This document shows, in pieces, positions 57,306 to 64,000 of a DNA stretch of 64,000 bases. The translations under genes were made by a program, and so were the position numbers. Below the pieces are notes generated by a model that saw only the letters and a list, made by a program, of their open reading frames with translations, was not told where the DNA came from and made no database searches. Position 1 is the stretch's first letter; every line of letters starts with the position of its first letter. Source of the stretch: a plasmid; sequence record NZ_CP025192.1, one strand, 5' to 3'.

Positions 57306-57559
57306 CGCGGCAGCCCGGCCTCGTCGTACAGATCGTCCTGACTGCGGGCGGCGCTCACGCCGGCCCGTGCCTTGGCGGCACCGACGCGGCGCAGCTCCTC
57401 CATCAGGGCGCGGCGTCCGGCTGCATCCGGTGTCCGGTGCACCGGGACCAGGCGCACGGCGGCGCGGCCATGACGCGTCAGCACGACCTCGTCGCCGGCC
57501 TCGGCCCGGCGCACCAGCTCGGTCAGCTGCCCCTTCGCATCCGTCACGGAGACCTGCAC
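57302..57559 (-). CDS. vapB: Phd/YefM-family antitoxin
   Basis: MQVSVTDAKGQLTELVRRAEAGDEVVLTRHGRAAVRLVP is the canonical Phd/YefM fold sequence. ATGA overlap with vapC. Confidence 0.75.
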   Translation of the reverse strand: MQVSVTDAKGQLTELVRRAEAGDEVVLTRHGRAAVRLVPVHRTPDAAGRRALMEELRRVGAAKARAGVSAARSQDDLYDEAGLPR

Positions 57560-57644
57560 GATCGAACCCCAGCAGAAAGCCTCCCGGCGAAATAGACCAT
57601 CGGGTGGTCCATTTCAACGATGCTGGCGCTGAGTGGTATCGGGG

Positions 57645-58199
57645 TCAGCCGGCGCTCGGCCAGAATCGGTCGGCCGATCGGAGGTACTCCCCGGCCGAGC
57701 CCAGCCGCCGCGTGCGCAGCTGCCAGTTCGCCCAGGCATTGCGGAAGGCGAGCACGAAGAACGCGGCGCAGAAGGGCAGGAACTGCACCGCCGCCCAGAA
57801 GCGTCCCTGGCCTGCGGGAAGCACCGTCATCTGCCAGGTCCATAGCCCCAGCGCGGCCCAGCCGGCCGCGAAGCAGCCCCAGGCCACCCGCGCCGTCTGC
57901 CGGCGCCGCCGCAGCCAGCGCCGCTTCAGCTCGAACTCGGTGAGGCCCATCGCGAAGGCCGTCGCCCCCGGGTCGAGGCGGCCGTCCTCGTCGGCGATCG
58001 GGCCACGCACCGGGGCCGGCTCGCGCCGGATCGCGGCGACGAGGCCCCGGACCAGCCCGTAGCCGGACCGGATCTCGGCCACTCCGGTCGTCTCGGCGGC
58101 CCTGCGAGCCGCCCAGCGGGGGCCGGCGAGTAGCCATCCGAAGCGCCGACGACTACCAGGGTGGTCGCCCTGCAGCCCGGGTCCCAGGTCGATGGCCAT
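57645..58199 (-). CDS. hypothetical membrane protein (184 aa)
   Basis: Two C-terminal TM helices (AWGCFAAGWAALGLWTW, AAVQFLPFCAAFFVLAF). Confidence 0.4.
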   Translation of the reverse strand: MAIDLGPGLQGDHPGSRRRFGWLLAGPRWAARRAAETTGVAEIRSGYGLVRGLVAAIRREPAPVRGPIADEDGRLDPGATAFAMGLTEFELKRRWLRRRRQTARVAWGCFAAGWAALGLWTWQMTVLPAGQGRFWAAVQFLPFCAAFFVLAFRNAWANWQLRTRRLGSAGEYLRSADRFWPSAG

Positions 58200-58202
58200 G
58201 GC

Positions 58203-59372
58203 TCAGCCCCCGGTTGCGGTCGCGACCAGCGCCTCGAGGTTGTTGGGCAGTCCATCCGTCCGCCCCTCCGTGCCATCGGCCCGGCGCCAGACCAGCGTCG
58301 GCGTCCCGCGCAGGCCGATCGAGGCCGCTGCGGCCCCATTCTCCCGCAACCGCGCGGCCGCTTCCGGCGCCGGCGGGGCCCGCAGGTCGCCCCGGCTCCA
58401 GGCGGCGATCATCGCTTCCTCCGAGCGGCTCAGCATCGCGAGCGCGTCGGCGGTGCTCCGCCCGGCATTGTGGTGATCGAGGATGGCCACGGGGATCACC
58501 GACAGGTGCAGCCGGCCGGCCGCGACCAGCGGCTGCAGGCGCCGCAGGGCCTGGACCGAGTAGCCGCACTGCGGATCCACGAACATCCAGACATGCGGCG
58601 CCCCCTCGGGGCCCGCAGTGCCGGCATGGGCTCGCTGGGCCACCGCGACCGGGCTGGCGGCCGGCGCGACTGCCCCGCCGCCGGCACCTTGAGCCGGCCC
58701 GCCGGCCGGCTGCGTCGCACCGGGCGCGACGTCCCCGATGGTGACGGTCGGGATCGCCCCTTCGATGCCCGCCACATGATCGCGGGTGAGGTTCTTGCCC
58801 GCCGTGTCCCACATCACCCCGGGAATGACGCGCTCCCCGTCGGGGGTCGCGTAGAATACCTGGAAGGCGTCGCCGCTGCGCAGCACCACGCTGCGAAGGC
58901 CCTCGCGCTCACCGAGATCCGTGACGCCCGCGCCCCCGATCTCACGGAGACGCGCCAGGGTCAGGTCCACCGGAAAGCCCGCCACCATGGCCCGTCCGGA
59001 AGGCAGCACCGAGAGCAGCATGAACTCGGCGCCGGAGCGGGCCACGACCAGGCGCAGGCCATGGCTCAGCCCCAGGTCCTGCAAGGTGGCACCGGCCTGG
59101 GACACGCGCTGCAGCACCGGCACCGAGAGATCTCCGCCGGGCGTCGCCACCGTGGCAGGAGCTGCTGACGGCGCAGCCGCCGGCGCCGCGGCACGCTGGA
59201 CCGCGGGCGTGGGCGCGGTTGGCCAGGCCTGGGGCGCGGCGGATACCGGAGCCGGGAGGGCCAGGGTGGGAGGCGCATCGGGCCCGGCAGAGGCGGGGCA
59301 GAGGGTCTGCGCCATGGAGATGGCCGGCAGGCCAACCAGGGCGCAGGTGGTCAGGAGGATGCGTCGCATGGG
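58203..59372 (-). CDS. periplasmic thiol:disulfide interchange protein, DsbC/TrbB-like
   Basis: Signal peptide MRRILLTTCALVGLPAISMA. Thioredoxin active site DPQCGYS. R64 TrbB of I-type T4SS is a DsbC-like isomerase. Confidence 0.75.
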   Translation of the reverse strand, partial: PMRRILLTTCALVGLPAISMAQTLCPASAGPDAPPTLALPAPVSAAPQAWPTAPTPAVQRAAAPAAAPSAAPATVATPGGDLSVPVLQRVSQAGATLQDLGLSHGLRLVVARSGAEFMLLSVLPSGRAMVAGFPVDLTLARLREIGGAGVTDLGEREGLRSVVLRSGDAFQVFYATPDGERVIPGVMWDTAGKNLTRDHVAGIEGAIPTVTIGDVAPGATQPAGGPAQGAGGGAVAPAASPVAVAQRAHAGTAGPEGAPHVWMFVDPQCGYSVQALRRLQPLVAAGRLHLSVIPVAILDHHNAGRSTADALAMLSRSEEAMIAAWSRGDLRAPPAPEAAARLRENGAAAASIGLRGTPTLVWRRADGTEGRTDGLPNNLEALVATATGG

Positions 59373-59401
59373 TCTCGTCCGGTGCTGATGACCGGCCGAG
59401 C

Positions 59402-60199
59402 CTAGGAAGGGGCGATGCGAACGGGGCTGTCGTGATACCCCGCTGCCGGGGCAAGGACGACGGGCTCCATGTTGTCGAGCAGCTGGCTCGTGGCCGACAG
59501 GACGTTGAACAACACAGGGGTGAACCAGGGCCGCGTCTCGAAACTCTCGCAGAATTCCAGGCCGCAGAGGAGCACGGCGGCCAAGGCGGTGATACCCGCG
59601 ACGGTGATCGGCGCGGCGAGGGCGAGCTCGTCCAGAACCTCGTCCAGAGGTCGCTGAGCATCGAGGTAGGCCTGCTCCTCGGCGGCGACGTCGCCGGCAC
59701 CTGCCCGCATGAGCGAGCATGCCTGCCGCGAGAGCGCCACGAGATGCAGATCCGCCGACCTGTCGTTCGCTGCCTCGATCACAGCGGCGTCTGACAGAAT
59801 TCGTGACAGGTGAGCATCGAGCGCCACCATGTGGGCGGTCGTCAGAGCCGCGAGACCCTCGTCCGGCTCCTCGTCCCGCCGCATCGAGCAGAGGGTGAGC
59901 AGAATGTCGCTTTGCAGGAGCAGTCCCCGCGCCGAGGTGGGCGACAGGCTCGCCGCATGAAACACAGCGCGTCCCAATCTCTTCTCGACCGCGATATGCG
60001 AGGCGCTGTCTGACTCGCCCTCGTTCGGCCCCGCCCTGCGACGAACCGTCGCCGCCTGGCGGCTCCAATGTTCCCGGACCTGTCCCAGCAGGGCGATTTC
60101 ACGGCGCAGGCTCTCCAGTGCCCATTCGTCGCCGCGTGTACCGATCGGGCCGGGGAAGGTCGTGATCTTCTGTCCGGCCCTGGTCGGGAACATGGTCAC
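59402..60199 (-). CDS. hypothetical protein with a C-terminal TM helix
   Basis: 265-aa ORF with protein-like composition. TM segment ITALAAVLLCGLEF. Confidence 0.35.
   Translation of the reverse strand: MTMFPTRAGQKITTFPGPIGTRGDEWALESLRREIALLGQVREHWSRQAATVRRRAGPNEGESDSASHIAVEKRLGRAVFHAASLSPTSARGLLLQSDILLTLCSMRRDEEPDEGLAALTTAHMVALDAHLSRILSDAAVIEAANDRSADLHLVALSRQACSLMRAGAGDVAAEEQAYLDAQRPLDEVLDELALAAPITVAGITALAAVLLCGLEFCESFETRPWFTPVLFNVLSATSQLLDNMEPVVLAPAAGYHDSPVRIAPS
59414..59424 (-). promoter_or_regulatory. recurring motif GATGCGAACGG, 42-52 bp upstream of the DsbC/TrbB-like gene
   Basis: Same motif and orientation relative to its gene. Confidence 0.45.
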
Positions 60200-60737
60200 G
60201 CGGCCCTCCCGGCCAGGCTGGTGCGGCCAGCCGTGGCGGCGTCGTCAGGGAAGATGGCGGCTTCGGCCGGCATCCAGGCGTCTGGTTCGCACGACGACAT
60301 CGCCCTGGAACCCGAACTGTGTCCGCAGCAGGATGAGCAGCCGATCGAGACTGCGGAAGGAACGGCGTACTGCCGTCTCACTGTCGCTGAGGACATGCCA
60401 GTCCGGGTGCCAACTGCCGACAACATAAACCGTGAAGATGTTGCCGCCATCGGCCGCTGGCTCTTGCTCGACCAACACGGAACGGAGGTAGCGACCGCTG
60501 CATAGCAAATGCCGCAGTTGACTGAAAAGGATCGGGGGAGGCCCGACGAGTGGTTGGACCCCCTCGGAGGGAACGGCGCGGTCGGCTCGACCATCGGATC
60601 CTGTGCCTTGAGTGTCGTTGCCGCGTCCCGCCATGCCGACAGAATGCGCGCCCATGTTACGTGCGACCAGTGCTGGAAATGCGCGTCTATCGCCGAGTGC
60701 TCATCCGCTTCGTCGGCTGAAGGCACCACCTGCGTCG

Positions 60738-61247
60738 TCACACATCAGCAATGGCGTGGAGCACTGATGCCAGCGATGGATAGCGTCGGCTGTCCCCATC
60801 GAATTCATCGAGCTGCCAGCCACCTTCTGTGGGGTAGGCGATCCAGCTCGGCGTGCCGTCGAGGTCGCCGATCTCGACGACCTTCGAGGCATGTTGACCC
60901 GGCTCGGGGATGCGTGCCCGTAGCCCCCAAGGCTCGGCCCCCGGATTCCAACGCGCGATTTCAGCATGATGCCGGCAGCCAAGCGCCTCGTTCGAGCAGA
61001 TGGCACGCGTGGCTCCCGTGGAATCAACGCAGTAGAGGGCGAAGAGATTGGCATTAACCCCAATACGCTCCGTCGGCACGGTGCGATTTAATAGAAATGT
61101 CCTTAGATTGTTGGTCCAGAATCCCATGCCGTCTTGTCCCACTTCAAACTTATTCAATGAGTTGATAGCGGGTAACGCAAGCTGAACACTCGTAGCAACG
61201 ACAAAAAACCTGATCCAAAAATAAGAATTTGTGTAAAACTGCGCCAT
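60738..61247 (-). CDS. hypothetical exported protein
   Basis: N-terminal hydrophobic segment FWIRFFVVATSVQLALPAINS. Lower-GC 5' region. Confidence 0.35.
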   Translation of the reverse strand: MAQFYTNSYFWIRFFVVATSVQLALPAINSLNKFEVGQDGMGFWTNNLRTFLLNRTVPTERIGVNANLFALYCVDSTGATRAICSNEALGCRHHAEIARWNPGAEPWGLRARIPEPGQHASKVVEIGDLDGTPSWIAYPTEGGWQLDEFDGDSRRYPSLASVLHAIADV

Positions 61248-61314
61248 TCCACGAGAAAGTCACTGCTCCGAGCGAAGCTATACATTCCTTCCCAGTGAGG
61301 GTTGCTCATACCTA

Positions 61315-62595
61315 GTGGCGATTTTAAGGTTATGCGCGAAGGACGGAGAGATAGGCCGCGTGAAGAAGGCAAATCGCACACATACTCACGGAATTGTGAC
61401 ATCGTTCGGGCGCTCCCCGGTTGCGGTCGATGCTGTCCGTGGCTGCCTCGACGACATGCGTCAGCATTGCGATGCTCCGCCAACGCTGGTTCTTCTCTTC
61501 GGGGGTGGAAAGCTGGAGCCGGAGGTGCTCCTGGAGACTCTCAACCAGACGCTTCCGGGTGTTCCCGTCATCGGCGGATCCGCCGCCGGCGTGATCGCGA
61601 CGTCAGCGTTGGGCTGCACCGGCCTCGAAGTCGGGATGGTCGCCTTTTTCGATCCGGCGGTCACGCCGAAGGTCCATGCGACCTATGAGCTGTTGGAGAG
61701 TGACTACGAGGCGGGCCGACAGTTGGGGATGTCGGCACGCGGCACCCACGCGCCGGCATCCGCCGTGCTGCTCTTCTACGACAGTGTCCGCGCCTTCCAA
61801 CCACGTCAGCTGCACCTTGCCGGCTCCGTCCTCGATGGCTTCCGGTCCGGCTGGCAGCGAGAGGCCCTGGTCATCGGTGGCGGTTTGCTGACGGATCTCA
61901 ATCTCTCGGATGGCTGGATGCTGCTGGATGGCAGTGTGCGCCGCCATGCCGCTGCAGCATTGGTCTTTCCTCCCGGCGTCAGCATCTCGACGGAGGTGCT
62001 TCATGCCTGCAGGCCCGTGAGCGCCTACATGACGATCACCAGGATCGAAGGTGCCGAGGTGTTCGAGCTCGATGGCGACCCGGCACTGGACGTCATCGAA
62101 GAGCGCATCGGCCAGCCGCTCGTTGACAGCGCCGGCCATCCCACGCGGATCCTGACACTCGGCGAGAAGCTCGACGATCCCTGGGAAGTCGGATCGCCCG
62201 AGGATTACGTCAACCGGTTGATCCTGACAGGAAACCGCTCTGTCGGAAGCGTCACGCTCTTCGAGCCCGATTTCAGCGAGGGGACGATGGTGCAGCTGAT
62301 GCAGAACGACAGCCAGATCATGCTGGATTCGGCCCGGGACGGCGCACTTGCCGCGATGCAGGCGACTGCGGAGGGCACCGATCCGTTCCTGCGTCTCTAT
62401 ATCGACTGCGCCGGGCGCGCCAGCATGATGAGCGGCACGGAGACCGAGGAGGCCAAGGTGGTGACGGAGACGCTGTCCGATGGCGTGCCGTTCCTGGGCT
62501 TCTATTCCGGCGTCGAGATTGCACCGGTTCGTGGGATCAGCCGCCCGCTCGACTGGACCGGCGTGCTTGCAACCCTGCGGGTGCAGCGGTCGTGA
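61315..62595 (+). CDS. FIST-domain sensor protein (FIST-N plus FIST-C)
   Basis: C-terminal GFYSGVEIAPV matches the FIST-C terminal motif. 426 aa. Start may lie downstream of 61315. Confidence 0.65.
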   Translation: MAILRLCAKDGEIGRVKKANRTHTHGIVTSFGRSPVAVDAVRGCLDDMRQHCDAPPTLVLLFGGGKLEPEVLLETLNQTLPGVPVIGGSAAGVIATSALGCTGLEVGMVAFFDPAVTPKVHATYELLESDYEAGRQLGMSARGTHAPASAVLLFYDSVRAFQPRQLHLAGSVLDGFRSGWQREALVIGGGLLTDLNLSDGWMLLDGSVRRHAAAALVFPPGVSISTEVLHACRPVSAYMTITRIEGAEVFELDGDPALDVIEERIGQPLVDSAGHPTRILTLGEKLDDPWEVGSPEDYVNRLILTGNRSVGSVTLFEPDFSEGTMVQLMQNDSQIMLDSARDGALAAMQATAEGTDPFLRLYIDCAGRASMMSGTETEEAKVVTETLSDGVPFLGFYSGVEIAPVRGISRPLDWTGVLATLRVQRS

Positions 62596-63620
62596 GCCGA
62601 GATCTCAAGAACTCCTTCGAGAAGGAGTTCCTCTACTATCGCCGCTTCTGCGACCGGTTGGGCAAGGACGTCCAACGCCTGCAGGCCGAGCGGGATCGCC
62701 TTGCCCAGGAAGTGAGGCTGCACCTTCTGCAAGGACGCTTCGAGCGCGACCTGAGCCACACGGCGGCCTACGCTCTGGACATCGAGCACCTGACCGAACG
62801 GGTCCTCGACGCCATCGCCCAGCACATGCTCTCAACGAAGGCCCTGATCCTGGCGGAAAGCGAGGCGAGCCGCGGAGAGTTCTGCATCGTCGCATCGCTA
62901 GGCCACGAGGCGGCGGCGCGGAAGCGTGTGTTCACCTTGAACAAGATCCCCGTCCTGGCCCTGATCGAAAAGGATGGTGGCGCTGCGACGGATCTTCGGC
63001 GCTCCCTCGCACCCGTTCTCGATTTCCTGGGTCCTGGCCCATTCATCTGGGAGTACGACGAGGAAAGCGGCTACGCGGTTGCTATCCTCGGCAGCATCGG
63101 CCAGAGCGAGGAGATATTCTGCCAACAGGCGGAGGAGTTGTCGCATACCGCGCTGACAGGTCTGGTGCATGGTCTGTGGCGCCTGCGTGCGCGTGAGGCC
63201 GTCGCCTCAGAGACCACTAATGGCCAGGGTCTGGCTGCCCAACCGCTCGGGGAGGTGCAGCGTTCCGATGATAGGAGCTCCGGGCCAAGCATGGATCCCG
63301 GTCGCCCGACGATCCGGGAGAGCGAGATCACGGCACAGCTCGGCCTGGGCGGAACGATCCTCGACGTCACGGTTCTGGCGCAGGCGGATGGCGAGTTTCG
63401 GCTGCTGCTGCGTCCGAGCTGGGGGCGTGGCTTTCGTTGCGTCGCGACCTATCGACGGAACAGCGACCGTACCTACAAGGACTTCAGCCGGCTTCTGGCC
63501 TTCGTGCGCGGCGTCTGCCGCTACCATGGCCCTCTACGTGTGCTGGAGGATAGCGAGCCGGAGGTGCCTGTGCATCAGGTGTCGGGCATGATCTTCAACA
63601 CCGGAACGAAACCGAATTGA
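62592..63620 (+). CDS. hypothetical protein coupled to the FIST gene
   Basis: 342-aa ORF overlapping the FIST stop by 4 bp. N-terminal coiled-coil, then a mixed alpha/beta domain. Confidence 0.45.
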   Translation: MSRDLKNSFEKEFLYYRRFCDRLGKDVQRLQAERDRLAQEVRLHLLQGRFERDLSHTAAYALDIEHLTERVLDAIAQHMLSTKALILAESEASRGEFCIVASLGHEAAARKRVFTLNKIPVLALIEKDGGAATDLRRSLAPVLDFLGPGPFIWEYDEESGYAVAILGSIGQSEEIFCQQAEELSHTALTGLVHGLWRLRAREAVASETTNGQGLAAQPLGEVQRSDDRSSGPSMDPGRPTIRESEITAQLGLGGTILDVTVLAQADGEFRLLLRPSWGRGFRCVATYRRNSDRTYKDFSRLLAFVRGVCRYHGPLRVLEDSEPEVPVHQVSGMIFNTGTKPN

Positions 63621-63877
63621 CGGCTGTGCAGTCAGCAATTTTCTCTTGCGGTGGATCGCGCCTCTTTATGCGAACGACCCAGTGAAAGTCACAAGGTTTG
63701 CGGCGATTGGGCATGCGGCTTCGATCTCATGTCCTGGGGCCGAGCTGTGTCCTGCTGCTGGCGCCGTGCCATGGTCCTTTCCAGAGGGAAGCCGTAGGCA
63801 CCTCAGGCGGTCCCACGGCATTGTCACGTTGGCCAGCTCTGGCTGGAACGAACTCGTCAGGCGAAGCTGGCGGCATG

Positions 63878-64000
63878 CCGTCCGAGCCCACCACCTACCC
63901 CGGCTACCGTTTCCCGGCCGAGGTCATCCAGCATGCTGTCTGGCTCTACCACCTGTTCAGCCTGAGCCTACGCGACATCGAGCTGATCCTGGCCGAGCGG
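63878..64000 (+). CDS. IS6-family (IS26-like) transposase, N-terminus only (runs off the window)
   Basis: MPSEPTTYPGYRFPAEVIQHAVWLYHLFSLSLRDIELILAER matches the conserved IS6 transposase N-terminus. Confidence 0.6.

Noticed and set aside
60196-60741. Two overlapping minus-strand ORFs (181 aa and 136 aa) between the 59402 ORF and the 60738 ORF
   Set aside because: Neither frame shows recognisable motifs and their compositions differ (Ser/Cys-rich versus more protein-like). I could not decide which, if either, is real.
1-64000. CRISPR arrays, tRNA and rRNA genes
   Set aside because: No regularly spaced direct repeats and no tRNA-like or rRNA-like sequence were found. The only short-repeat arrays are the repA iterons.

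Overview
High-GC (about 68 percent) accessory, plasmid-like DNA, densely packed and heavily invaded by insertion sequences. The window holds, in order: (1) a 5'-truncated IS21 istB at the left edge; (2) a metal-resistance block with copB-copA, an RcnR/CsoR-family repressor plus rcnA Ni/Co efflux, a fused membrane/spermidine-synthase-like gene behind a duplicated operator, and a rhodanese-ChrB-domain gene with chrA; (3) a PadR-flavoprotein-MFS operon whose products carry Cys-rich tails; (4) an IS graveyard: IS3 nested in IS3, an IS66 tnpC fragment and orfA, an integrase fragment and a 42-bp perfect palindrome; (5) a low-GC island encoding a DNA methyltransferase, a DUF262 ParB-like protein and a HEPN protein in one operon, a candidate three-component restriction/defence system, directly behind a RelE/ParE-HTH toxin-antitoxin pair; (6) a plasmid replication module with iterons and repA; (7) an IS21 element disrupted by a second IS3 copy and abutted by an ISL3 element; (8) a roughly 35-kb Dot/Icm-like type IVB (I-type conjugation-like) secretion cluster: dotL/icmO, dotM/icmP, dotB, dotC, dotD, icmT, dotO/icmB, icmJ, icmD, icmC, icmG, icmE, icmK, icmL, dotA, a TrbB/DsbC-like thioredoxin and a lytic transglycosylase. 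The cluster also carries a vapBC pair, a tandem GcrA-like regulator, an XRE regulator and a FIST protein, and ends at an IS6 transposase fragment. A short motif (consensus about CCGTTCGCATCG on the coding strand) recurs 32-77 bp upstream of at least seven operon starts inside this cluster. I found no rRNA, tRNA or CRISPR array.
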